Source: Pseudobacteriovorax sp. (GTDB taxonomy: Bacteria; Bdellovibrionota_B; Oligoflexia; Oligoflexales; Oligoflexaceae). From it: a DNA stretch of 39,645 bases. Each line of letters starts with the position of its first letter. The stretch's first letter is position 1. The notes beneath the pieces were generated by a model. It saw only the letters and a program-made list of their open reading frames with translations, ran no database searches and was not told where the DNA came from. Shown here piece after piece: positions 19,987 through 28,866 of this stretch. Both the position numbers and the translations under genes were made by a program. The DNA is taken from positions 1-39,645 of the forward strand of contig JBNKNM010000031.1 of NCBI GenBank assembly GCA_050293845.1, written 5' to 3'.

Positions 19987-21369
19987 TCAACCTCTTTGTT
20001 TTGGATCAATGCCAAAACTTTTAAGCTTGCGATGCAAGTTGCTGCGTTCTACACCGATAGCTTCTGCTGTTTTAGTTACGTTCCATTGATATTCTTCAAG
20101 TTTATCAAGAATAAATGCTCTTTCAAAATCGGTTTTTGCTTCTTTTAATGTAGCATAGTTGGAAGTTAAGTTAGGCTGTGAAAGTTCCGGTACTTCATCT
20201 TCAAAATCAACCGGCAACAAACTACGGATATGTTCCACTTCTATATGCTGCTCAGCTACCATAATGCATAAACGCTCCAGAAAGTTTTTAAGCTCTCTGA
20301 TATTACCCGGCCAAGAGTATTTTTTAAATACTTCGTAGACGGGCGCGGAAATAGACTTGGTTTTCTCGCCTAATTCCATTGAAATTTGATTTAAAAAGTA
20401 GTCTGTCAGTTCACGAATATCATCTCCCCGCGCTCTTAGTGGGGGGAGCTCAAATGGAATCACATTCAAGCGGTAGAAGAGATCTTCACGGAATCGACCC
20501 GCCGCAATTTCTGCTTTCAGGTCCTTATTGGTGGCAGCTATAACCCGCACATCAACCTCAATAGTTTCAACACCCCCTACGCGTTCAAACTTCTGCTCTT
20601 GTAAGATCCTTAAAATCTTAGCCTGAGTTTTCAATGACATATCACCAATTTCATCAAGAAACAGCGTGCCTTGATGGGCCAGCTCGAACCGCCCCTGCTT
20701 TTTAGCAATGGCATTGGTAAATGCCCCCTTATTATGGCCAAAAAGCTCTGACTCAATGAGTTCTTCAGGTATAGCTGCACAGTTTACGGCGATAAATGGC
20801 TTATGGTGACGCGTACTTTTAGCATGAATATTCCTTGCAACAACTTCCTTTCCCGTACCGTTTTCACCGGTAATCAGCACCCAAGCATTGCGTGGTGCTA
20901 CCATATTCACTTGCCTTTTAATCTGCTGCACGGTTGGTGACGATCCGATAATCTCGGTAGCATCAACTAGCTGCGAATACTTGTCGAGTTGCTGACGCAT
21001 CCGCTCCGCATGCTCTAGAAGAGGAATAACTTTATCCAATGACAAGGGTTTTTCCAAAAAATCAAATGCTCCAATGCGGGTTGCCCGTACAGCTGTTTCG
21101 ATACTCCCATGCCCACTCATGATAACGATGGGCACCTGCCCATCAATATCCTTAAGCCTTTGTAAAGTGGTAATCCCATCCAGTTTAGGCATCCATACAT
21201 CGAGAAAAACTAAGTGAGGTCTTTCGCTTTGGTATAAGCTAATACCAGTAAATCCATTTTCCGCTATATTTACTTTCCAACCCTCGTCTTCCAGAATACC
21301 AGCAAGAGATAAACCGATACTTTTTTCGTCATCTATTATTAAAGCAATGGGTGCGCTTTGTTCATTCAT
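19987..21369 (-). CDS. ntrX: Sigma54-dependent response regulator, NtrX/NtrC family
   Basis: REC domain (IIDDE, LDVWMP), AAA+ GENGTGKE, GAFTNA, FLDEIGDM and C-terminal Fis-type HTH. ATG 21369 overlaps the kinase stop (ATGA). Confidence 0.85.
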   Translation of the reverse strand: MNEQSAPIALIIDDEKSIGLSLAGILEDEGWKVNIAENGFTGISLYQSERPHLVFLDVWMPKLDGITTLQRLKDIDGQVPIVIMSGHGSIETAVRATRIGAFDFLEKPLSLDKVIPLLEHAERMRQQLDKYSQLVDATEIIGSSPTVQQIKRQVNMVAPRNAWVLITGENGTGKEVVARNIHAKSTRHHKPFIAVNCAAIPEELIESELFGHNKGAFTNAIAKKQGRFELAHQGTLFLDEIGDMSLKTQAKILRILQEQKFERVGGVETIEVDVRVIAATNKDLKAEIAAGRFREDLFYRLNVIPFELPPLRARGDDIRELTDYFLNQISMELGEKTKSISAPVYEVFKKYSWPGNIRELKNFLERLCIMVAEQHIEVEHIRSLLPVDFEDEVPELSQPNLTSNYATLKEAKTDFERAFILDKLEEYQWNVTKTAEAIGVERSNLHRKLKSFGIDPKQRG

Positions 21370-23639
21370 ATTTTCCCCTGATCTGTATCTATGGGTAACT
21401 CCAAGACCATGGTTGTCCCGCAAGGGTAATTATCCTGAATCCTGAGATAACCGCCATGATCGGATATAATTTGGTTAACGATGGCTAGCCCCAGTCCCGT
21501 TCCCTCTTTTTTAGTGGAAAAATAGGGTTCCAACACCTTCTGTTTGATTTTATCAGAGATTCCAGCACCCTGGTCTGATACCGAAATACGTGCCATTTTT
21601 AGGGTGTTATTATACTCAGTAACCACCGCAATATAACGTCTTTCTGGCGTTTCTGTCAAAGAGGCTATACTATTTGTCAACAGATTCGTAAAGACCCTAA
21701 CCATTTGCTCCCGATCTAATTGCATTTTTGGTAGGTTATCGTCAAGCCTTGATATGTCAAAAAAGACATCATGGTAACTCAGACTAAACATACCAACAAC
21801 GTCTCGTATGACAGTATTGATATGGGTCAGCTGGGTTTTTATACCGGGCAAGCGGGCAAACTTCGAGAACTCATTGACTAAGTCCCGCAGGCTATCCACT
21901 TCCGAAATTATCGTTTCAATGCACGAAACAAAAATTTCCTGATCGGCTCCTGAAAAGCTTTTTTGGAATTTGCGCAGCAAGCGCTGTGCACTCAATTTGA
22001 TCGGAGTAATGGGATTTTTGATTTCGTGGGCAATACGTCGGGCTACTTCCCTCCAAGCAGCTACACGTTGCGCTTTCACCTGCTCGCTAGCGTCGTCAAA
22101 CACCACAACGATGCCCATATCTTCACTGGATTCGTCAAATATTTTAAAACCATCAACTAATAGTGTCCAATTTTTCTCCCTATAGTCGATCTCAATTTGT
22201 CCGTTAAAAACATTACTTTCCTCAATACGTTCGTAAATAGGCTGCCAAAAACTACGGTAAAGATAGCCCTTAAATACTTCAGCTGGAGAGTGACCTATAG
22301 CGAGATCCGAGGATATACCTAGCAACTTTTCCGCTGCACGGTTGACTGAAGTTATATCACCAACAGCCGACACCGAGATCACTCCAGTAGAAATATTTCT
22401 GAGTATTACTTCCATGTATTTACGACGCTGATCAAGCTCGAGATTCTTAGCCTCCAATTGAGAGGTAAACTCTTTCACCTGACTCTCATGGGTTTTCAAA
22501 TCTGCCGTCATACTATTAAACGAGCGAACCAACTGCCCTGTTTCATCATCGGTCTTCACAGTCAGGGTGATTTCATAATTCCCATGGGAGACTTCTTTTG
22601 TTGCTTCGGCAAGGGACTGGATAGGAGCAATAATTCCTTTTGATACGTAAAATCCGAGCCAAGTAGCTGAAAAGACAATAATAACAACCATCAAAACCAG
22701 TAGAATCAAATAGCTAAGCCTAATCAGCTCTGCACCCGGTTTTAGATCCGCAAATTCCTGGATGATGCCTTCCACACTTTTTAAAATTTGGGTTTCAAAG
22801 CGCTCCTCTACAAGAATAGCTCCAATAACAGCTCCGGTATCGGGATCAATAATAGGAGAGACGCCACGTACCACATCCCGGCCTTGATCAACATCAACTT
22901 CGGACTGAGAGAGAAGGTTAGATTGGGTGCGAAAAGCATCCAAGGACGTTTGAACGAAATGCAAGGTTTTGTCAGAAATAGGTGCTAAACCGTTGGCTAA
23001 AGAAGAAGTCCATACCAAACGCCCCTCATGATCAAACACATTAATAGCAAAAACACGATACTCTTGCGTAAATCCTTTTAATTTATGGGCGTCAATAGTA
23101 GGAAGGGGGTCTTCCACAAAAGGTACAGCAGGGAATAGCACTATCCTCTGCAAGGCAATTCTGGCAAGCCCCTCAATCCGGCGTTTATCCCTCTCATAAA
23201 CAAGCGCCCCCGCCTCCCTAGTACGAATCATGGTCGACTCCACCTTGGCCGAAAACCAAGTGTCAAAACTGTCGGTTAGGAAGCGTGAGGATATGTAAAA
23301 TAATAAGGCTGTAGGAGCCATGGCGAAAAACACCAGAGTAATGACAAGCTTTGAACGTAGCTTGGAGCCAATGACTCCCCGTCTTCTTTCTAAAATAAGC
23401 TTCACTGCATTACGAAAAATCAAAAAACTGAGGATCAAGACTAAAACAACATTAATATTGATAAGTCCAAAGTACACCACAGAAGTCAGGAAATCTTGGT
23501 GCTCTGCTAATTGCTTACTAAGCTCAAATAGATTACTTTCTAATCGTGATAAGGCCACTAAGATGATGGACACTAAACCGATAAGGATGAGTTCGAAGAG
23601 TCTCTTCTTTTCTTCGCTCGACTTTAGAAACTGGCTCAT
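21366..23639 (-). CDS. ntrY: Membrane sensor histidine kinase, NtrY family (HAMP-PAS-HisKA-HATPase)
   Basis: AQRVAAWREVARRIAHEIKNPITPIKLSAQRL is the NtrY-type H-box; PYFSTKKEGTGLGLAIV G-boxes. Confidence 0.9.
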   Translation of the reverse strand: MSQFLKSSEEKKRLFELILIGLVSIILVALSRLESNLFELSKQLAEHQDFLTSVVYFGLININVVLVLILSFLIFRNAVKLILERRRGVIGSKLRSKLVITLVFFAMAPTALLFYISSRFLTDSFDTWFSAKVESTMIRTREAGALVYERDKRRIEGLARIALQRIVLFPAVPFVEDPLPTIDAHKLKGFTQEYRVFAINVFDHEGRLVWTSSLANGLAPISDKTLHFVQTSLDAFRTQSNLLSQSEVDVDQGRDVVRGVSPIIDPDTGAVIGAILVEERFETQILKSVEGIIQEFADLKPGAELIRLSYLILLVLMVVIIVFSATWLGFYVSKGIIAPIQSLAEATKEVSHGNYEITLTVKTDDETGQLVRSFNSMTADLKTHESQVKEFTSQLEAKNLELDQRRKYMEVILRNISTGVISVSAVGDITSVNRAAEKLLGISSDLAIGHSPAEVFKGYLYRSFWQPIYERIEESNVFNGQIEIDYREKNWTLLVDGFKIFDESSEDMGIVVVFDDASEQVKAQRVAAWREVARRIAHEIKNPITPIKLSAQRLLRKFQKSFSGADQEIFVSCIETIISEVDSLRDLVNEFSKFARLPGIKTQLTHINTVIRDVVGMFSLSYHDVFFDISRLDDNLPKMQLDREQMVRVFTNLLTNSIASLTETPERRYIAVVTEYNNTLKMARISVSDQGAGISDKIKQKVLEPYFSTKKEGTGLGLAIVNQIISDHGGYLRIQDNYPCGTTMVLELPIDTDQGKI

Positions 23640-23649
23640 AATACGAAAA

Positions 23650-24264
23650 TTACCTTAGATAAATGGGAAATGATGCCACCTCCCATCCGTTGCGCTGGAA
23701 CACCAGCTTAGGTTTTTCAGGAGTAGATACAATTTCGTAGCGAAATTGTGTATCCTTAGTATCAAAATTTGCACGAACTTGCTTGAGTCGAAATTGGTCA
23801 GATTCCTTCATTCGTATAACTTGACCAGGACGAACCTTTTGTGGCGTCCCATTCAAAGAAATCTCAATTTCTTCAAGTTGCGGGATTTTTACTTCCAGAA
23901 AAAGCGTACCATGAACTTTATTATTACTGCTGACGATGACATCGTAGCGGACCCCTCGCCCCTCCCGGGACCATTTGGGGTTTAAATCTTTCCCGATGAC
24001 AACTGTTTTATGGCGATCATCATAAGGATCGCCCTCCTCACTGCGACGAAATCCAATCAGATTTACCAATGAAGGCCTACTACCATTTGTTAAAGTAGCC
24101 GATTCAATTCGCAGATGATCTCCATAAAATACCGTTATCAGCTCTCCCGCCGTACAAGTATTGCGAATGCCATTGATAGAGATGTCCAAAGAAACAAGGT
24201 CCTCTGCAGTTCCCGCTAAGATTTGCCAGGCCCATCCCCATAGCAGCACTATAAAGATCTTCAT
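23650..24264 (-). CDS. Hypothetical secreted beta-rich protein
   Basis: 204-aa ORF with GGAGG SD and N-terminal signal-peptide-like segment; ends 10 nt before the ntrY start. Confidence 0.75.
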   Translation of the reverse strand: MKIFIVLLWGWAWQILAGTAEDLVSLDISINGIRNTCTAGELITVFYGDHLRIESATLTNGSRPSLVNLIGFRRSEEGDPYDDRHKTVVIGKDLNPKWSREGRGVRYDVIVSSNNKVHGTLFLEVKIPQLEEIEISLNGTPQKVRPGQVIRMKESDQFRLKQVRANFDTKDTQFRYEIVSTPEKPKLVFQRNGWEVASFPIYLR

Positions 24265-24357
24265 AGAACCTCCAAAAGTTATTTGTTTTCAGTATTTTTA
24301 GTTGTTGGTATCCTGAAGTTCTGGTCACAGCATATCATAATTAGCACAGTAGGTTCT

Positions 24358-25248
24358 ATGGATGACAAGTCAAAATTGATCAGGGAATTCGCCAGCTCTC
24401 TAAAGGGAAAGGGAAGACGTCCGGCTACGATTGAGTCATATCAACGCGATGCCATAGACTTCTTAGAATTTTTAGAGAATATAGCCATCCCCGTAGAGTT
24501 GGTAGATACGGACACTCTCTGTGAATTTATCAAGAACCTAGAACAAAAAGAACGTCATAATTCTATTAGACGAAAAATAATAGGTGTACGACAATTTTTT
24601 CGCTTCCTCGCTGACACCAGCCAAGAGTACGATTCTCCTTTGGATAATTATCCCATACCAAAGAGGGATGAAACCCTGCCGGAAGACATGAGTGATAATG
24701 ATATCGAAGAAATCATCACAATCTTACTCTCACAAAAGGGCACCCTAAAGGCCAGAAGGGATCTTGCCATATTCTACTTGCTGGCGTTCGAAGGGCTTAA
24801 AGCCACCGAACTTATCAATCTAAAATGGGAGAGCTTTATCTTTTCTCGCAGTCAGAGTTCCCTCCAAGTATTGGGAATCAGGGGACGCACGATCGCTCTA
24901 GGCAATGAAACAGCTCAAGCCATCAAAGATTATCAAAAGCATTTGGCGAGACTCAGCACTGACGTTTCGGACTATATTTTTATCTCTTTTAAGGGACGCG
25001 ACACCCTTACCATTGCCCCCAAAATATCGCGCCATGGTCTTAAGTTTCTTATTTACGAGTTAGGTGATGTGTCTGGAATTCCTCACATGAATACCGAGTT
25101 ATTACGGCATTATGCGATAAGATACCAACTGACATTAGGCAAATCTCCAGCTGAAGTCATGGCTCATTTCGGGCTCAAACGACTAGGAAATATCGCTAAA
25201 CATGTTCATCGTCGAGGAGCAAGTTCTGAAAACACTACGAGCATCTGA
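24358..25248 (+). CDS. XerC/XerD-like tyrosine recombinase-fold protein, predicted catalytically inactive
   Basis: N-terminal core-binding domain (TIESYQRD, NSIRRKIIGVRQFFRFL), RDLAIFYLL..GLK.TEL and LRH. Catalytic residues substituted. ATG 24358 preferred over the upstream TTG. Confidence 0.85.
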   Translation: MDDKSKLIREFASSLKGKGRRPATIESYQRDAIDFLEFLENIAIPVELVDTDTLCEFIKNLEQKERHNSIRRKIIGVRQFFRFLADTSQEYDSPLDNYPIPKRDETLPEDMSDNDIEEIITILLSQKGTLKARRDLAIFYLLAFEGLKATELINLKWESFIFSRSQSSLQVLGIRGRTIALGNETAQAIKDYQKHLARLSTDVSDYIFISFKGRDTLTIAPKISRHGLKFLIYELGDVSGIPHMNTELLRHYAIRYQLTLGKSPAEVMAHFGLKRLGNIAKHVHRRGASSENTTSI

Positions 25249-25726
25249 ACAAGACCATTTTTGGATGAAGCTTGCTTTGGCTTTGGCTCAGGCCGCTCAG
25301 TTTCGCGAGGAGGTACCCGTAGGTGCTGTGATTGTATGCAATAACCAATTGATCGCCAGTGGTTTTAATCAAAGGGAGCAATCACAAAACCCCATCAATC
25401 ATGCGGAAATCATCGCTATCCAAAAGGCAGCACACTATCGTGGCTCTTGGCGACTGTCTGACTATGAGCTGTATGTAACCCTAGAACCTTGCGTCATGTG
25501 CGCTGGAGCTATATCCCAAGCAAGGATGAAAAGAGTGATATACGGGACACGGGACCCCAAGGGGGGAGCCTGTGGCAGTATCTATCATTTACAAAGCGAC
25601 CAGCGGCTCAACCACCGCTTCCCCATCACAGAGGGAGTGTTGCATCGTCAGTGCAGTGATTTATTGCGTCAATTTTTCCAGAAGCAAAGACAAGAGAGCC
25701 AGCATCAAACAATTCCCCAAAAATGA
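25202..25726 (+). CDS. tadA: tRNA-specific adenosine-34 deaminase
   Basis: EVPVGAVIV, HAE, LYVTLEPCVMCAGAI, DPKGGA.GS, LNHR and C..LL..FF motifs; exact start uncertain. Confidence 0.92.
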   Translation: MFIVEEQVLKTLRASEQDHFWMKLALALAQAAQFREEVPVGAVIVCNNQLIASGFNQREQSQNPINHAEIIAIQKAAHYRGSWRLSDYELYVTLEPCVMCAGAISQARMKRVIYGTRDPKGGACGSIYHLQSDQRLNHRFPITEGVLHRQCSDLLRQFFQKQRQESQHQTIPQK

Positions 25727-25815
25727 TGGTGCCACATTTAGCCAGTCTTTCGACTTTGCCAGTCTCATTAATTTCACCTATTGTTAAGCACTATTTTGAA
25801 TTTCAAGGAGGATCT

Positions 25816-26178
25816 ATGTCCTATAATTTTTACAAGATTATGCACTTCTTAGGTATATTCATGGTATTTTCGGGCTTAGGTGCCCAATGCTTACATGCTT
25901 TAAACCGAGGAGATAGAAAGCATCCTGCAAAAAAATGGCTGGGCATCATGCATGGGGTTGGTTTACTGCTGGCCCTCATAGCTGGGTTCGGGCTCATCGC
26001 AAAGCTCAAAATGCACAGTTTCCCCGTATGGATTTACGGAAAACTTGCCATCTGGCTCACCTTGGGAGGCATTGGTGCCATCGCGGCACGCAAACAAAAC
26101 CTAGCGGGCATGATCTGGGTTTTGTCTATTATGCTTGGAGTTGGTGCGGCTTATTTAGCTGGACTCAAGCCCAGCTAA
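25816..26178 (+). CDS. Small four-TM membrane protein (possibly SirB2-like)
   Basis: AAGGAGG SD before ATG 25816; four hydrophobic helices; Y..YK..H and HG.GL motifs. Confidence 0.75.
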   Translation: MSYNFYKIMHFLGIFMVFSGLGAQCLHALNRGDRKHPAKKWLGIMHGVGLLLALIAGFGLIAKLKMHSFPVWIYGKLAIWLTLGGIGAIAARKQNLAGMIWVLSIMLGVGAAYLAGLKPS

Positions 26179-26199
26179 ATATACGCCGCTTGTCGTTAA

Positions 26200-26733
26200 T
26201 TACTTTGGGGTAATGGTGACGGAAGCCTTATTAATAGTTACCGGCTCTAAGGGTCGGTCCTGTGCTCCGGTTTTAACGGCACCGATTTTTCTAACAACCC
26301 CAAGGCTTTCTTCATCAGCTGTTTTACCAAAAACTGTGTACTGGTTGTCTAGGTAAGGCACGTTTTCTAGACATAAAAAGAACTGGGAACCTGCAGAATT
26401 AGGATCGTTGGTGCGAGCCATGGATAATACTCCTGGCTCATGCTTTTTGTCATTGAATTCAGCATCAATGGTATACCCAGGACCCCCGATTCCTGTACCT
26501 TCAGGGCAACCCCCTTGAATCACAAAGCCGGGAACAATGCGATGGAAGGTAAGATTGTCATAATAGCCTATTTGACATAGAGAGACTATATTAGCACAGT
26601 GACCTGCCGCTACTTCTGGATACAGCTCCAGATTAATAGTACCCATTGAAGTATCAAAGGTTACTGCATAGTTATTTTTTTCAAAATCGATTGATTTGAG
26701 AGCTTCTTGCACTTCGCTTTTCACATCGGCCAT
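26200..26733 (-). CDS. Cyclophilin-type peptidyl-prolyl cis-trans isomerase
   Basis: FHRIVPGFVIQGG, LSMART..PNSAGSQFF and LDNQYTVFG motifs. Confidence 0.96.
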   Translation of the reverse strand: MADVKSEVQEALKSIDFEKNNYAVTFDTSMGTINLELYPEVAAGHCANIVSLCQIGYYDNLTFHRIVPGFVIQGGCPEGTGIGGPGYTIDAEFNDKKHEPGVLSMARTNDPNSAGSQFFLCLENVPYLDNQYTVFGKTADEESLGVVRKIGAVKTGAQDRPLEPVTINKASVTITPK

Positions 26734-26758
26734 GGCTTTTCCTTCTTAAAAAAGGTCA

Positions 26759-26787
26759 ATAATACGCTTGAGCTGCCTTGAATGCAA
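26759..26787 (-). promoter_or_regulatory. Putative sigma70 promoter of the cyclophilin gene
   Basis: TTGCAT-17 nt-TATTAT, 25 nt upstream of the ATG. Confidence 0.55.
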
Positions 26788-26872
26788 TGGCTTGGCTGAC
26801 AGACCGATGTTTTTCATTGACAAAATTGCGTCAAAAAGTCTATTTATTAGCCCCCTAACTTGAGGAGCATTT

Positions 26873-28039
26873 ATGAACCTGCAATACATCGCCACATGCC
26901 CTGCTGAAATTCAGTCCATTGTAACCACAGAAGTGAAAAGACTGAAGGGAAAGAATATCCAACAAAAATTTAAGGCTGTAGCGTTTGAAGCTAACGAAGA
27001 GGACATCTATAGGATGCATCTACACCTTAGAACACCAAGCCGTCTCCTTCAAGTCGTTAAGGCAGGTTCGGGTAGCTCCTTAGCTATCATTACAAACCAA
27101 GCCCGTAAAGTCGATTGGAGCAAATATTTAGGCCCCCATACGAGTTTTCTGATCGAAGGGGTTGCGGGTGATCGCGGACCCAAGAGTCCTACAGCTACGA
27201 CCATAAGTAAGGCAGTTCGACTTGGTTTGGAAGATTATTTCAATCACAAAGGACTGACCAAGCCACCTGTGGATCTCAAAGAACCAAAAGTGAAAATTAT
27301 AGCCTTCGTACATCAAAAACGGCTCACCATCAGCATCGATACTACTGGCAAGGCGCTACACAAAAGGGGCTACCGTCGCGACCTCCACCCGGCTCCCCTC
27401 AAAGAAACCCTGGCCGCTTCCCTCCTCGTTGCTGCTGGTTATGATGGTAGCCAGAACTTCTTTGATCCCATGTGTGGTAGTGGAACTCTAGCCATCGAAG
27501 CCTCATATATCGCTCTGCAGAAAGCCCCCTTAATCCACCGTAAACGGGGTGAATTTTTCTTAGAAAACCTAAAGGGATTCAACTACCAGCTTTGGCGGGA
27601 TGTTCAAGACGAGGCCAGAAGCCAAAGGATAGACGCTCCTCCAGCCAATATTTACGCTGCTGATATCGATGCAAGTTTTACGGCAGCAGCGCGCAATAAC
27701 GCCCTCAGAGCACGGGTGGAAAAGCATATATCATTGCAAACCCAAGACTTTATTGGCAGCAAGCCCCCCTGTGAGCCTGGGTTACTGATTACAAACTTAC
27801 CGTATGGCGAAAGAATAGATTCTCATGACCATGCCGACATGAAAGAGTTTTACCGCGAATTTGGCAATACCTTAAAAAGGAATTACAGCGGTTGGAAAGC
27901 AGTAGTCTTGGCGGCAAGCGATGCCCCCTATAAGCATATTGGCCTGAGACCTGAGAAGAAAATGAATATTCTAAATGGCTCTATTCCCTGCAAACTTCTA
28001 TTCTTTGACCTATACGCTGGCAGTAAAAAGATGACATGA
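26873..28039 (+). CDS. rlmL: THUMP-domain class I RNA methyltransferase, RlmL-like (stand-alone)
   Basis: LHKRGYR, APLKETLAA, DPMCGSGT and NLPYGERI motifs. Confidence 0.85.
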   Translation: MNLQYIATCPAEIQSIVTTEVKRLKGKNIQQKFKAVAFEANEEDIYRMHLHLRTPSRLLQVVKAGSGSSLAIITNQARKVDWSKYLGPHTSFLIEGVAGDRGPKSPTATTISKAVRLGLEDYFNHKGLTKPPVDLKEPKVKIIAFVHQKRLTISIDTTGKALHKRGYRRDLHPAPLKETLAASLLVAAGYDGSQNFFDPMCGSGTLAIEASYIALQKAPLIHRKRGEFFLENLKGFNYQLWRDVQDEARSQRIDAPPANIYAADIDASFTAAARNNALRARVEKHISLQTQDFIGSKPPCEPGLLITNLPYGERIDSHDHADMKEFYREFGNTLKRNYSGWKAVVLAASDAPYKHIGLRPEKKMNILNGSIPCKLLFFDLYAGSKKMT

Positions 28040-28071
28040 TCAGGGATCTGATACTTTCATACCAGATGGTC

Positions 28072-28866
28072 CTATGGAGAGACCTGCAACCGCTGGCGCA
28101 CAATATCATACAGTAGGATGGCAGCGGCGACAGAAACATTCAGCGAGTCGCCGACTCCAGCCATGGGAATCTTGATCAATCGCTCTTGGTCCCATAGCTC
28201 TGAAAGCCCCTTAGATTCAGCTCCTAAAATAATAGCAATGGGCTCCAAAACATTATCATGCTCAAAGTAATAGTCTTTGGCAAAAGGTGATGCCGCAGCA
28301 ATCCGAATCTTATGCTGACGACAATAGTTCCTAAATTCCAACCCGGTGCAATGAATGACAGGTACGGAAAAAGCAGCTCCTAAACTCGCACGGATGCAGT
28401 TTGGATTATAAATATCCACCACCTGATCGAGAACAACCACAGCCGAGACCCCAGCCCCGTCCGCTGTGCGCAAAATCGCACCTAGATTGCCTGGCTTTTC
28501 TACTCCTTCGGTAGCTAACAACAACAAAGCATTTTGTTCATCCTGGGGTAAATCATCTAGACTCTGATAACGACACGTACCCACCGCGCAGATGCCACCA
28601 CTTCCCTCACGCAGGGCCATTTTTTGAAATACCTCTTGGGATACTGGGATGATGGGAAAGCCAGAGGTTTTTAATCGGGCCTTTAGAGTAGGTGACAGGG
28701 CTGCTTCAAAAACAAAGGCTTCGCGAATTTCAATGTTATACCTTAACGCTCGCGTAAACTCGCGCTCTCCTTCGATGATAAACCTTTTCTGACGTCTACG
28801 GTGCTTGCCCTCACGCAACTTTATGAGTTCTTTTACTTTTTGATTTTTCAACGAACTAATCAACAA
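28072..28866 (-). CDS. TrmH family RNA methyltransferase
   Basis: ISS.KN..VK, EKPGNLGAILRTA, GAESKGL and DSLNVSVAAA motifs. Confidence 0.92.
   Translation of the reverse strand: MLISSLKNQKVKELIKLREGKHRRRQKRFIIEGEREFTRALRYNIEIREAFVFEAALSPTLKARLKTSGFPIIPVSQEVFQKMALREGSGGICAVGTCRYQSLDDLPQDEQNALLLLATEGVEKPGNLGAILRTADGAGVSAVVVLDQVVDIYNPNCIRASLGAAFSVPVIHCTGLEFRNYCRQHKIRIAAASPFAKDYYFEHDNVLEPIAIILGAESKGLSELWDQERLIKIPMAGVGDSLNVSVAAAILLYDIVRQRLQVSP

Noticed and set aside
24358..26178. Xer-like gene as the integrase of an integrated mobile element
   Set aside because: Catalytic residues are missing, the neighbours are housekeeping genes, and no att-like repeats or adjacent tRNA are visible.
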